Positions 52,030-61,608 of a stretch of 64,000 nt of DNA are shown here, piece after piece. The notes under the pieces were generated by a model. The model had not been told where the DNA came from. It searched no databases and saw only the letters and a program-made list of their open reading frames with translations. The position numbers and the translations under genes are program-made. The stretch comes from Spirochaetaceae bacterium (lineage in GTDB: Bacteria > Spirochaetota > Spirochaetia > DSM-2461): NCBI GenBank assembly GCA_965224705.1, contig OZ245056.1, positions 2,432,001 through 2,496,000 on the forward strand. Direction: 5' to 3'. Position 1 is the first letter of the stretch, and every line of letters begins with the position of its first letter.

Positions 52030-53367
52030 TTATTGCTTTACCGTCCTGACACGTCCGACAGACTCCAGGGAGTCTGCGAAACTGGCCATCACCTGAATTG
52101 CTTTCCGGTAGTGTTCTTTCTCCAATGCAGTCATAAAGGTAGTTCCGGATGTGCGATGGGAGGCGAATACCGGCGCGATACTCTGTTCAGCCATTCTGGT
52201 CAGCACAGCAGGGATGAGAGCTGCTTCATCTCCAAGATTCTCACCCACCGCCCCGACTATACAGAGGTCCGACCGTTTCTCAACCTCACTTAGATGCAGA
52301 TCTTCCTTCATGGTATCAATATCTCCATCCCCAGGATTCCGATTTTCAAGGGGTTCCAGAATGACCAGAAGTGTATCACACTGGCATGCTGAATACAAAA
52401 TTTTCCATCCCATCGCGGCCAAACTCTCCAGGATTTTCAACTGTAGAGAAAGGTTGTCCCCCAGATGGGCATTCTGAAATCGACAGACGGATACACCCAT
52501 CTTTCCGGCAACCCCGGTAATTCCCGGATGGGACTTCCTTTTTTTAATCACGATCATGGTTCCCGGAGCTTCGGGGATATTGGTATTCCGGATATTGATT
52601 GGAATTCCGGCGGTGCTGACAGGCTGAATAGCCTCTTCATGAAACACTTTTGCCCCCAGGGCCGAAAGTTCGCGAAGTTCCCTGAAAGAAACCTCTTCTA
52701 TGGGAGCAGGATCATCCACGATGCCGGGATCCGCTGCCAGCAGTCCCGATACATCGGTCCAGTTTTCATAAACCCGGGCCCCTGCGCCACGAGCTATCAC
52801 AGCACCGCTGATGTCGGACCCGCCGCGGCTGAAGGCCTTTATACCCCCTCTGGCATCCTGACCATAGAATCCTGGAATAACCACCTGGCTGTCGGGGGAA
52901 ACAGCCTGATCGATCAGTTTGTAGCTCTCCGACGAAAGTTTCCCCCGGGCATCAAATCGGATGATTTCTTCGGCATCCAGGAAGGAAAATCCAATGTATT
53001 CGGCAATGAGGCGGGCCAAAAAATGCTCCCCCCTGGATACGGCATAGTCATAGGATTTTTCACTCTGAATCCGGTCTTGAGCCTGATCAAGAAGCTCTTT
53101 CAGTCCTGAGCCAACTTTCAGATCGGCGGCTATCTCCAGAAATCTCTCACGGATGGGCTCAAAGTCTGCTTCAATTGACTTCTCCCTCACAGCAGCCTGG
53201 TAACAGGCGATTAAACGGTCGGTTATCTTTACATCGTTTCTGGTCCGCTTTCCTGGTGCCGATACAACGATCAATCGTCGCTCATTGTCTGATTGGACAA
53301 TGTCGGCACTTTTTTTTATTTGATCTGCCGACGCCAGAGAGGTTCCGCCGAATTTGACAACTTTCAT
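52030..53367 (-). CDS. Aspartate kinase with divergent regulatory domain
   Basis: KVVKFGGTSLA, VVSAPGKR, SRGE, FSRGGSDISG, ENWTDVSG..ADP. Confidence 0.93.
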   Translation of the reverse strand: MKVVKFGGTSLASADQIKKSADIVQSDNERRLIVVSAPGKRTRNDVKITDRLIACYQAAVREKSIEADFEPIRERFLEIAADLKVGSGLKELLDQAQDRIQSEKSYDYAVSRGEHFLARLIAEYIGFSFLDAEEIIRFDARGKLSSESYKLIDQAVSPDSQVVIPGFYGQDARGGIKAFSRGGSDISGAVIARGAGARVYENWTDVSGLLAADPGIVDDPAPIEEVSFRELRELSALGAKVFHEEAIQPVSTAGIPINIRNTNIPEAPGTMIVIKKRKSHPGITGVAGKMGVSVCRFQNAHLGDNLSLQLKILESLAAMGWKILYSACQCDTLLVILEPLENRNPGDGDIDTMKEDLHLSEVEKRSDLCIVGAVGENLGDEAALIPAVLTRMAEQSIAPVFASHRTSGTTFMTALEKEHYRKAIQVMASFADSLESVGRVRTVKQ

Positions 53368-53375
53368 AGCATCCT

Positions 53376-54557
53376 CTACTTGATGAATAGTTTTTGTGGG
53401 TATTCGATAAGCTTTTCACAGCCTGTTTCGGTAACAAGAAGGGGTTCGGAACACTCCACACCGCAGGTATCCAGCCAGATTCCCGGCATGAAGTGAATCG
53501 TCATCCCCGGTTTCAATACAGTTTTATCCCCTGGACGAAGGCTCAGGGTATGCTCCCCCCAGTCCGGGACATAGTTCAGACCAAAGGAATAGCCCACTCG
53601 AGAGGGTTTCTCAATACCCGTTCCGGCAAGATAACTGCGCCATTTCTCCTCCACCTCTTCGGCGGTAACTCCGGGTTTAATGAAATCCAGCGTTCCATTC
53701 AATCCCCTTATGACGGTATCCGAAATCCGCTGCAGATCCTCCGGCGGCTTTCCCAGGTAGAGAGTACGCGACAGCGGTACATTGTAGTGGTGACGGGCCC
53801 CCGCCAGTTCCAACAGCACTACATCTCCCTTTTGATAGTTTCTGTCTGGATTAAAGGTTAGATGGGCGGTACTTGTTCTCTCTGCCGTTGGCATTATGGG
53901 AAAGAGAGCCGTGGGATCTCCGCCGAATTCCCCGGTTCCCCAAATCTGAGCCTTCGCAACATTCGCCGCTGCGTCTTTTTCAGGAACTCCAGGGGCAATA
54001 CTTTCGACGGCCGCATCCATCACTTTCCTGCAGATTTCACTGGCCTCCCGGATTACGGCGATTTCCGCAGGTGATTTAATTGTTTTTATCCAGTTCACCA
54101 ACCCGGTGGCATCCATCTTCCTTGAGTGGGGGAGTTCTTCTTCCAGCTGGGTGTACATCCTGGCGTTGAACCAGTAGCCATCCATGTCTAAACCCATAGT
54201 CCGTTTTTCCCACCGCCTTTCTTTGATTATTTCCGCCACGTAGCTCATTGTATGAATATATCGGGATTGTACATATTCATCCCTGTATCCCCATATATGA
54301 TCCTGGGGAAGAAAAGACGTAATCCGGGCCCCATTGGAATCCTGCTCCCGGCCAAACCAGTGGGGAGTATCATCATCCAGTGAAAGGAGGAGCCCCTGAT
54401 GGACATAGAAACTCCAGCCATCATAACCGGAAAGATAGTTCATCTGCCCAGGATCGGTGATCAGGAGTATTTCTATTCCCCGGTGATCCATGGACTGCTG
54501 GGTAAGTCGAATTCGCTGTTTGTATTCCTCCACACCGAAGACAGTCTGATTTCTCAT
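53376..54557 (-). CDS. eutD: Ectoine hydrolase EutD/DoeA-like (M24 fold), paralogue 2
   Basis: GYDGWSFYVHQ, AHLT, LELAG, PDWGEHTLSLRPGD, HFMPGIW. Confidence 0.88.
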   Translation of the reverse strand: MRNQTVFGVEEYKQRIRLTQQSMDHRGIEILLITDPGQMNYLSGYDGWSFYVHQGLLLSLDDDTPHWFGREQDSNGARITSFLPQDHIWGYRDEYVQSRYIHTMSYVAEIIKERRWEKRTMGLDMDGYWFNARMYTQLEEELPHSRKMDATGLVNWIKTIKSPAEIAVIREASEICRKVMDAAVESIAPGVPEKDAAANVAKAQIWGTGEFGGDPTALFPIMPTAERTSTAHLTFNPDRNYQKGDVVLLELAGARHHYNVPLSRTLYLGKPPEDLQRISDTVIRGLNGTLDFIKPGVTAEEVEEKWRSYLAGTGIEKPSRVGYSFGLNYVPDWGEHTLSLRPGDKTVLKPGMTIHFMPGIWLDTCGVECSEPLLVTETGCEKLIEYPQKLFIK

Positions 54558-54566
54558 TTGACCTTC

Positions 54567-55562
54567 CTAACGGGGAATCTGGATTCCGATTCCCCGCTCC
54601 CTGGCAAGTTTGCAGGCGCCCAGGGCAATCATTGTATCCTGCACACCAACCCCGGTCAGGTCGCAAACGGTGAAGTCATCTTCATTGGTTCGCCCGGGAT
54701 GGACTCCATCGATGAAGGTTCCCAATTCAGTCATGGGGGAGTCAGCGGTGAGAATTCCCTGCTCGACGGCAGATCGAACTTCGCCCAGACGCAGAGCCTG
54801 GCTTTTCATGTCACAGGCCAGAAGGTCAGCCCTGGCAAGTACCTCTGCTTCCAGTTCCTGTTTCTCTTCCGTGTCACTTCCCATGGCGGTGATGTGGAGG
54901 TTGGGGTGGATCCAGTCGGCCTTGATAAAACCCTCGCGGGCAGGGGTGGTGGTTACAACAACCTGACTTTCCCTCACCACCTCTTCTGCGGTGGTACTCT
55001 TAATAACCGTTACTCCCAGTTCAGATTCCATATCGTTGACATAGGCATTCTTCACATCCTCATTGCTTGAAGAATACATTCGGATTGTTTTTATGTCACG
55101 CATTAAAGCCAGGCCCCGCATCTGCCAGCGTGCCTGGGCTCCGGCTCCGATGACTCCAGCCTGACTGGCGTTTTCAGGGGCCAGGTATTCAGCGGCAATT
55201 GCTCCGGCTGCGCCTGTCCGGACATGGGTGAGATAGCCATTATCCAGTAAAACAGCATCGAGAAAACCAGTCTCTGCGGAAACAACCAGCATGAGACCGC
55301 TTCCTGAAGGAAGACCCAGTCGGGAATTCTGGAAAAAACCGGAAGCAACTTTGACGGCCATTCTGTCCATGCCCTTGATGAAGGCACTTTTTATATCAAC
55401 TTCACCCTGTTTTTCATCGACCGGAAGCATCATAATGGGGGGAACAATTGCATTTCCCCTCTGTAGTTCCTTGAATCCGAGGGCTGTATTTTCTACCACG
55501 GCATGATCCAGTTTGACCAGATCCATCAGTTCTTTCTCATTGACTATAATGATAGGTTCCAT
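54567..55562 (-). CDS. eutC: EutC-like cyclodeaminase/mu-crystallin family protein
   Basis: GEVDIKSA, KVASGFF.N..LGLPS, LLDNGYLT.VRTGAAG, DLTGVGVQDT; ectoine context. Confidence 0.88.
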   Translation of the reverse strand: MEPIIIVNEKELMDLVKLDHAVVENTALGFKELQRGNAIVPPIMMLPVDEKQGEVDIKSAFIKGMDRMAVKVASGFFQNSRLGLPSGSGLMLVVSAETGFLDAVLLDNGYLTHVRTGAAGAIAAEYLAPENASQAGVIGAGAQARWQMRGLALMRDIKTIRMYSSSNEDVKNAYVNDMESELGVTVIKSTTAEEVVRESQVVVTTTPAREGFIKADWIHPNLHITAMGSDTEEKQELEAEVLARADLLACDMKSQALRLGEVRSAVEQGILTADSPMTELGTFIDGVHPGRTNEDDFTVCDLTGVGVQDTMIALGACKLARERGIGIQIPR

Positions 55563-55571
55563 CTTCTCCTC

Positions 55572-56552
55572 CTATATATGTTTTGAAATAATACTGCGGT
55601 AACGGGCAGGATCGACACTGCTGCCGCTTATGACCAGGCCGACCTTCCTGTTCGTCACATCCAATTTTCCGGTTTGTACAGCTGCAATTCCCACCGCCGA
55701 AGCTCCTTCAATCACAAGGCTGTGTTCCGTAAAGGCGTATACCATACCCACTTCAATTTCCTCTTCGGTGATCACTATGTGATCATCTACAAACTTTTGA
55801 ATCAGAGGAAGAGTGTAGTTGTTTTCAATACCAATTCCGCCAAGCAGAGAGTCGGCATGCGTGTCTTTTTCCTCCACCTGCACCGGTTTTCCGGCCTTTA
55901 AACTCTCCAGCATGGCAGGAGAACGTTTTATTGTAACACCGACAATTCTTATGGAAGGTTTTATGGTTTTGGCCGCCAGGGCAATTCCCGCCAGAAGTCC
56001 GCCACCGGAGAGCGGCACCAGAATAACATCCATATCAGGCTCAGCCTGGAGCATTTCCAGAACGGTGGTTCCCTGTCCCGATACAATGGCAGGATCGTCA
56101 AAGGGGACTACCGGTATGTACTCCTCCTTTTCCATCAGCTCAAAGTAACGGCCCTCCGCTTCATCCTGGCAGGAACCGAATATCTCTACGTCTGCACCGA
56201 GGGCTTTAATCTTTTTCACCCGGTACTCGGGAACATTCTGCGAAAGACAAACCACCGCCCTGACACCTGTTTTTCCGGCAGCGAAGGAAACCGCTTTTCC
56301 ATGGTTTCCCGTGGAGAAGGTAATAACTCCACGCTGCCTCTCTTTTTCATTGAGGGATAGAATTTTATTGGCCGCCCCCCTTATCTTGAATGAGCCGGTA
56401 TTCTGGAGGCATTCAAGTTTCATAAAAATCTGATCCGCTCCCATGCTGTCTGCCAGGGCAGGCGATTCCCAGAGCGGTGTCTCCCAGATCATTGTCTTTA
56501 TTCTTTTTTTTGCCCTGTAGACATCCTCCAGGGTCGGCAGCCTGTGCTCCAC
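55572..56552 (-). CDS. eutB: EutB-like PLP-dependent dehydratase (threonine dehydratase family)
   Basis: KLECLQNTGSFKIRGA, STGNHG, VPLSGGGL, ADSLLGGIG..N.YT; GTG 56552 after AGGAG. Confidence 0.88.
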   Translation of the reverse strand: MEHRLPTLEDVYRAKKRIKTMIWETPLWESPALADSMGADQIFMKLECLQNTGSFKIRGAANKILSLNEKERQRGVITFSTGNHGKAVSFAAGKTGVRAVVCLSQNVPEYRVKKIKALGADVEIFGSCQDEAEGRYFELMEKEEYIPVVPFDDPAIVSGQGTTVLEMLQAEPDMDVILVPLSGGGLLAGIALAAKTIKPSIRIVGVTIKRSPAMLESLKAGKPVQVEEKDTHADSLLGGIGIENNYTLPLIQKFVDDHIVITEEEIEVGMVYAFTEHSLVIEGASAVGIAAVQTGKLDVTNRKVGLVISGSSVDPARYRSIISKHI

Positions 56553-56563
56553 TGCAGGAACTC

Positions 56564-57742
56564 CTATTTGGTGAAGATATCCATGGGGTATTCGAAAAGC
56601 TGCATACATCCCTCTTCAGTGACGATGAGGCTGGCATCAATTTCGAATCCAACATCCTCAAACCAGATGCCGGGTATCAGATGAAGGGCCATATTGGGTT
56701 TTAATACAGTTTTATCGCCGGGGCGGATACTGATTGTGTGCTCACCCCAGTCGGGAGGATAGTTGACACCTATGGAGTATCCTAAACGGGATTCTTTCAC
56801 AACTGTTGAGCCGCTGATGGCCTTCCGCCATCCTGCTTCCACCTCTTCAGCGGTGACTCCGGGCTTGATAAGCTCAAGAGTTTTTAAGAGACCATCGATA
56901 ACCACCGCTGCGGTATCCTTCATCAGTTGAGGCGGCTCGGGACCCAGAAAAATGGTTCTGGCAATGGGGCAGTGGTAGTGCCTGTAACACCCCGCCAGTT
57001 CCAGCAAACAGGCCTCATTCTCCTTGAAGGTCGCATCCGACCAGGTAAGGTGGGGAGTCTTTGTGGCTTCACCGGCCATTATGAGGGGTACGATGGCGGG
57101 ATAATCTCCGCCAAACTCCCTGGTTCCCGTGTATTCGGCCTGGACAATGGCGGCGGCGGCATCACACTCACGCACCCCAACATTGATACTTGAAATGGCT
57201 GCATCCATCACTTTTTCGGCAATATTGCCAGCCCGGTGCATCATTTCTATCTCAGCATCTGACTTAATCACCCTTACCCAGTTCACCAGGGCATTGGCAT
57301 TTTTCAACGTTCCCCGGGGCAGATCCTTTTCCAATTCCACATAACACTGGTGGGTGAAGAAAAACTGGTCCGATTCCACACCAATAATCCTGTTATCCCA
57401 CCCCTTTTCCCTTATCACGTCCGCCACAAAATTCATGGGATGTTTCACCAGGGAGTGAACATAGTCATCGGCGTAGCGGCGAATGTTATCTTTGGAGAGG
57501 AAGGTGGTGATGTCCGCCCCATTGCCGTCCATCTCCCGTCCCAGCCACATGGGTTCATCCTGGTCCAGAGAAACCAGAACCCCCTGGTGAACATAGAAAC
57601 TCCAGCCATCGTAGCCGGTAAGGTAGTTCATATTGGCAGGATGACTCACCAGAAGAAGATCAATCCCCCATGCAGACATTGATTCTTTGGTCGCCCTCAC
57701 TCTACGGGCATATTCTTCACGCGTGAATACTGGCATATGCAT
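56564..57742 (-). CDS. eutD: Ectoine hydrolase EutD/DoeA-like (M24 fold), paralogue 1
   Basis: GYDGWSFYVHQ, GGDYPAIVP, PHLTW, ELAGCYRHYHCP, YPPDWGEHT. Confidence 0.9.
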   Translation of the reverse strand: MHMPVFTREEYARRVRATKESMSAWGIDLLLVSHPANMNYLTGYDGWSFYVHQGVLVSLDQDEPMWLGREMDGNGADITTFLSKDNIRRYADDYVHSLVKHPMNFVADVIREKGWDNRIIGVESDQFFFTHQCYVELEKDLPRGTLKNANALVNWVRVIKSDAEIEMMHRAGNIAEKVMDAAISSINVGVRECDAAAAIVQAEYTGTREFGGDYPAIVPLIMAGEATKTPHLTWSDATFKENEACLLELAGCYRHYHCPIARTIFLGPEPPQLMKDTAAVVIDGLLKTLELIKPGVTAEEVEAGWRKAISGSTVVKESRLGYSIGVNYPPDWGEHTISIRPGDKTVLKPNMALHLIPGIWFEDVGFEIDASLIVTEEGCMQLFEYPMDIFTK

Positions 57743-57778
57743 CTCCTTTCCCTGTATGGTGACTGTTGAACAGCATGG

Positions 57779-58519
57779 CTACATAAATCCGTTATATTGA
57801 CGGGGGACCACGGCGGAATAGACATAATCTATCATCGTGTGATAGTCAAAGACCGGTAAACCTGTGGCCTCCCTGACAGCCCTGGCATAGGGTGGGAGGA
57901 GGCTGCACTCAAGAAGGATCATCTCCACCCGGGGATCAGATTCAACAATCCGCTCTGCCTCCACCACCACCTCCTTCTCAATACGGTTCTGATCGAGATA
58001 GCCTGCCTCATTAAAAACCGCCTCATGAAAGTGTTCCGATTTCTCAAGTCCCCTCATCACCAGATCGGAACCATCCTTGATCCCAATCTGCCGCAGAATG
58101 AAATCATCCAGGGAAGGAAGATTGGCGGTAATAACCCCAATTTTTCCCTTTCGTGAAAGCATCATGCGCATGAATGGGATTTGAAGCAGGCTGGAGAGGA
58201 ATACAGGAATTTTTACGGCTTCCTGGATATCCCTTTGGAAAAGTGCCATGAATCCGCAGTCTCCTGTGATTGCTCTGACACCTTCGGTCTCCAACTCCCG
58301 TGCTCCCTTTTTAAGGCTTTCGACCAGACTCATATCGTGCTCCATGATTCTGGCAACCGAAAAACCAGGGATTCGCTGAAATCTCACAGGATAATCATAG
58401 CTTGTGGCGTTGGCGACATCCCCGGGTATGAAGGGAACGTAGTTTTCCAATAGAATGATACCAATGGCCTCGCCATAACTGAGCTGCCCGGGTTTTACTT
58501 TATATACCATATCAATCAA
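57779..58519 (-). CDS. Asp/Glu racemase-superfamily protein
   Basis: IPGDVANA, two-cysteine pattern AITGDCGF and ILLECSLLPPY. Confidence 0.8.
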   Translation of the reverse strand: MIDMVYKVKPGQLSYGEAIGIILLENYVPFIPGDVANATSYDYPVRFQRIPGFSVARIMEHDMSLVESLKKGARELETEGVRAITGDCGFMALFQRDIQEAVKIPVFLSSLLQIPFMRMMLSRKGKIGVITANLPSLDDFILRQIGIKDGSDLVMRGLEKSEHFHEAVFNEAGYLDQNRIEKEVVVEAERIVESDPRVEMILLECSLLPPYARAVREATGLPVFDYHTMIDYVYSAVVPRQYNGFM

Positions 58520-58525
58520 CCAGCT

Positions 58526-59806
58526 TTAACGCACAAATGCATGATTGGGCAGCCAGGTGGCAATTCCCGGGAAGAAAATCAGCAGAGCAGTAGCCAGAAG
58601 GAGGATCATGATGAAGGGTGGTGTATTCTTGATGACTTCAAAATAAGGCCGCCGGAATACTAGCTGGGCCGTAAAAATATCACACCCAAAGGGTGGCGTG
58701 GCCGATCCAATCGCTGCCTGAAGGGTAACAATGGTTCCAAGGAGAACGGGGTCAACCCCTGTGGAAATTACATAGGGCTGAAAGATCGGGCTCAATACAT
58801 AGATCGCCACTATGGGATCGACAAACATACAGGCCACGAAGTAAGCCGCCGCTATGGTGAAAATCAACTGGAGCTGACCAGGATCAGTCCCCAGTATAAC
58901 AGGCATAATTGCCTGGGGGATCCTTAAAAAGCTGATAAGCCAGGAAAATGCCTGTCCCGCTCCAACCAGAACAAACACAACTCCGGTGATAACTCCTGTA
59001 TCCATCAGGATCTTCACCAGTTTCTTGAAACTGAGGGTACGATAGACCAGACCTTCAAGAAGAAGCGCATAGAGTACGGCTACCGCCGCCGCTTCGGTGG
59101 GACTGAATATTCCCGCATAGATTCCGCCGACGATGATCAGGGGAAATCCGAGTACCAGTATCCCCTGTTTTACAGCCTTCCAGCGTTCTGCCCAGGAGGC
59201 CCGGGGTATGACTCCTACTTTTTTTATTCGGGAGTAGAAGTAGCAGTAAACCGAAAAAAGTAAGAAAATCATAAGTCCCGGGATAATACCTGCCAGAAAG
59301 AGCTTCCCCACAGATGTGGAGGTGACGACTCCATACACGATGAATCCAATGCTTGGAGGAATTAAAAAGGCGATGTCACTGGAATTGATTATCAAACCCA
59401 GGGTAAATGAGCTTTCATAGCCTGCCTTTAAAAGCATGGGCCGCATGGTTCCGCCAATGGCAGCCACCGTTGCCTGAGTAGAACCGGAAACCGCTCCAAA
59501 GAGGGTACAACTGGCATTTGTGGTAATTGGGAGTCCGCCGTGGATATGACCCACGAAAGATTTTACCATATTAATCAGCCGGGAAGCCACCTGACCGGAG
59601 GTGATGATACTCGCTCCCAGGATGAACATGGGAACACAAACTAATGCGGGAGGAGAAATCCCCGTCAATACCTGCTGAACCAGGACCTGCATGTTGAAAG
59701 TGGGGATGTTGATTTCCAGGTGCAGCAGCAGCGATCCAAGAATGACAACCATAAAGGGAAATCCCAGAAGGAGCATCCCTACCATGCTTATCCAGAGCAA
59801 ATTCAT
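58526..59806 (-). CDS. teaC: TRAP transporter large permease (TeaC/UehC-like)
   Basis: SCTLFGAVSGSTQATV, IINSSDIAFLIPPSIG, IGSATPPFGCDIFTA as recalled for TeaC. Confidence 0.88.
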   Translation of the reverse strand: MNLLWISMVGMLLLGFPFMVVILGSLLLHLEINIPTFNMQVLVQQVLTGISPPALVCVPMFILGASIITSGQVASRLINMVKSFVGHIHGGLPITTNASCTLFGAVSGSTQATVAAIGGTMRPMLLKAGYESSFTLGLIINSSDIAFLIPPSIGFIVYGVVTSTSVGKLFLAGIIPGLMIFLLFSVYCYFYSRIKKVGVIPRASWAERWKAVKQGILVLGFPLIIVGGIYAGIFSPTEAAAVAVLYALLLEGLVYRTLSFKKLVKILMDTGVITGVVFVLVGAGQAFSWLISFLRIPQAIMPVILGTDPGQLQLIFTIAAAYFVACMFVDPIVAIYVLSPIFQPYVISTGVDPVLLGTIVTLQAAIGSATPPFGCDIFTAQLVFRRPYFEVIKNTPPFIMILLLATALLIFFPGIATWLPNHAFVR

Positions 59807-60393
59807 ATCTCTACCTCCTGGTAGTCGAGTTCCTCTTCATAATCACTCTGCTGCTCCGGTGAAAGCCATACACTTTTCTCAACAATGTTTTTAGCAAAGG
59901 TTCTTACATATTGGATGCCTGCGGAAAAGAACCCGATGGGGGTGATGATCAGGGGAATCCAGGAGGGGATTCGGAGGGCAGAACTCTCCTGTCCCAGCTC
60001 AAACACCTTGGCCATATATTGGAAGGAGTGGAATGCCATTATGAACATCACTATGGCACTGACGGCTGATATCACGAAAATAAAAACCTTTTCCACCTTC
60101 TCGTTCATTAGATCCAGAAAGGCTCCCATTCGTATATGCCGTGCTTTTCTGGCGGCGTAGCTTATCCCCACGAAGGTGGTGAAAATGATGAGGAATTCAG
60201 ATACCTCATCGGCAAAATAAATGGCCTGGAAGAAGGTTCGGGCGATAACGTTACTGATTAACAGAATCGCAAGGAAGCTGATACAGAGACAGAGGGCCCC
60301 CACTTCAAAGGCATCCACACCTCGTCCCAAATAATGGAAAAACCCTCTCTTCCGTTCTTTACTCTCGTCGTTTGAAGTATTTTCGATATCCAT
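59803..60393 (-). CDS. teaB: TRAP transporter small permease (TeaB/UehB-like)
   Basis: Four TM segments, GISYAARKARHIRM. Confidence 0.85.
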   Translation of the reverse strand: MDIENTSNDESKERKRGFFHYLGRGVDAFEVGALCLCISFLAILLISNVIARTFFQAIYFADEVSEFLIIFTTFVGISYAARKARHIRMGAFLDLMNEKVEKVFIFVISAVSAIVMFIMAFHSFQYMAKVFELGQESSALRIPSWIPLIITPIGFFSAGIQYVRTFAKNIVEKSVWLSPEQQSDYEEELDYQEVEI

Positions 60394-60452
60394 ACTGTCC
60401 CCTGTATTGAGTAACGAAACGACAGACCATGCCGCCGTTCCGTTAGAAATTA

Positions 60453-61541
60453 CTATTTGATGCCCAGGGCTGCCTTGGCATCCGCGATGTCTTTTAGAAG
60501 TGTGTCCAGCACCAGCTGCGCATCACTGCCACCCATTTCAACATACTTTGGATAAACAGTTTCTGCAGCGGCCTTGAATTCGGCGATGGTTTCGTCATCA
60601 AACTCATGGAACTCAATGGAAGGCTTATCCGCCATGATCGCCGCTTTTGCCCTGGCATTTACATCGTCGATCCATTGAGCAGAGGGAATAACCGCATCGG
60701 CCCAGAATTTCTTCATATGATCCTGCTGCTCCCTGGTCAGAGAGTCGAAAAAGGCGGCATTGGCCGTAGGAATTCCAAGAAAAGGTTCGGCCCAGAATTG
60801 CGTGAAGTAGTCGGTCACTTCGTAGAACTTCATAGAGTGATCGGCAAACAGGGGGTTCACCTGGGCATCAATGAGACCGGTCTGCAAGGCACCGTAAACC
60901 TCACCGTAACTCATGGGAGTGGGGCTCATGCCATAGGCACGGAAGTCTTCGATAAGGATTTTAGAACCCATGAGACGGGTTTTCATTCCCTGGAGGTCGT
61001 CCATTCCCTTTACTTCGGCTTTGGAAGTCATCCACTGCCACCCTTCGTAAACTATTCCTAAAGGAACCAGGTCATTTTCACGGAATTTTTCCTCGATAAG
61101 AGGCATGAATTTACCATTCTTCAAAACCCACTGGAGGGTTTCAGGCATTTTTTCCCTGGGCCAGAGATAGTGAAGGGCAAGGACCTGTACCTGGGGAACG
61201 AAGCTCGAAATCCAGGCGTAGTCGGAGAATACGAATTCCACCACGCCGAGCTGTGCCAACTCATTGATATCCCTGGTATCTCCAAGGGATCCGTAGGGGT
61301 AAACGGTGATGTCGATCTTTTCATCGGTGTTTTCCCTCATGTAGTCTGCGAATTTCTCCGCCCAGACGGTCATGAAGTCCCCTTCAATTTCTTCAGAAGC
61401 AAGTTTGGCTTCTATTACATCACTGTCACCCGCGTCACCCGCAGTCTCTTCCTGCCCGGCAGCAAAAAGACCATGACTCAAACAAATCAGAGCCAAAATC
61501 ATTGTTAAACTGATAATCTTTGTAAACATAGTTTTCTCCAT
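60453..61541 (-). CDS. teaA: TRAP substrate-binding protein (TeaA/UehA-like)
   Basis: Signal peptide, EEIEGD, KTRLM, GEVYGALQTGLIDAQVNP. Confidence 0.82.
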   Translation of the reverse strand: MEKTMFTKIISLTMILALICLSHGLFAAGQEETAGDAGDSDVIEAKLASEEIEGDFMTVWAEKFADYMRENTDEKIDITVYPYGSLGDTRDINELAQLGVVEFVFSDYAWISSFVPQVQVLALHYLWPREKMPETLQWVLKNGKFMPLIEEKFRENDLVPLGIVYEGWQWMTSKAEVKGMDDLQGMKTRLMGSKILIEDFRAYGMSPTPMSYGEVYGALQTGLIDAQVNPLFADHSMKFYEVTDYFTQFWAEPFLGIPTANAAFFDSLTREQQDHMKKFWADAVIPSAQWIDDVNARAKAAIMADKPSIEFHEFDDETIAEFKAAAETVYPKYVEMGGSDAQLVLDTLLKDIADAKAALGIK

Positions 61542-61608
61542 TTCTTATTTGCGAGAGGGGTCAATCCTCTCTTCCGACTTTTCCTGAATCATTCCAGGCT
61601 GTTTCAGT

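Noticed and set aside
52465..55070. Long plus-strand ORFs (214 aa, 223 aa and similar)
   Set aside because: Antisense to well-supported genes, with no recognisable motifs
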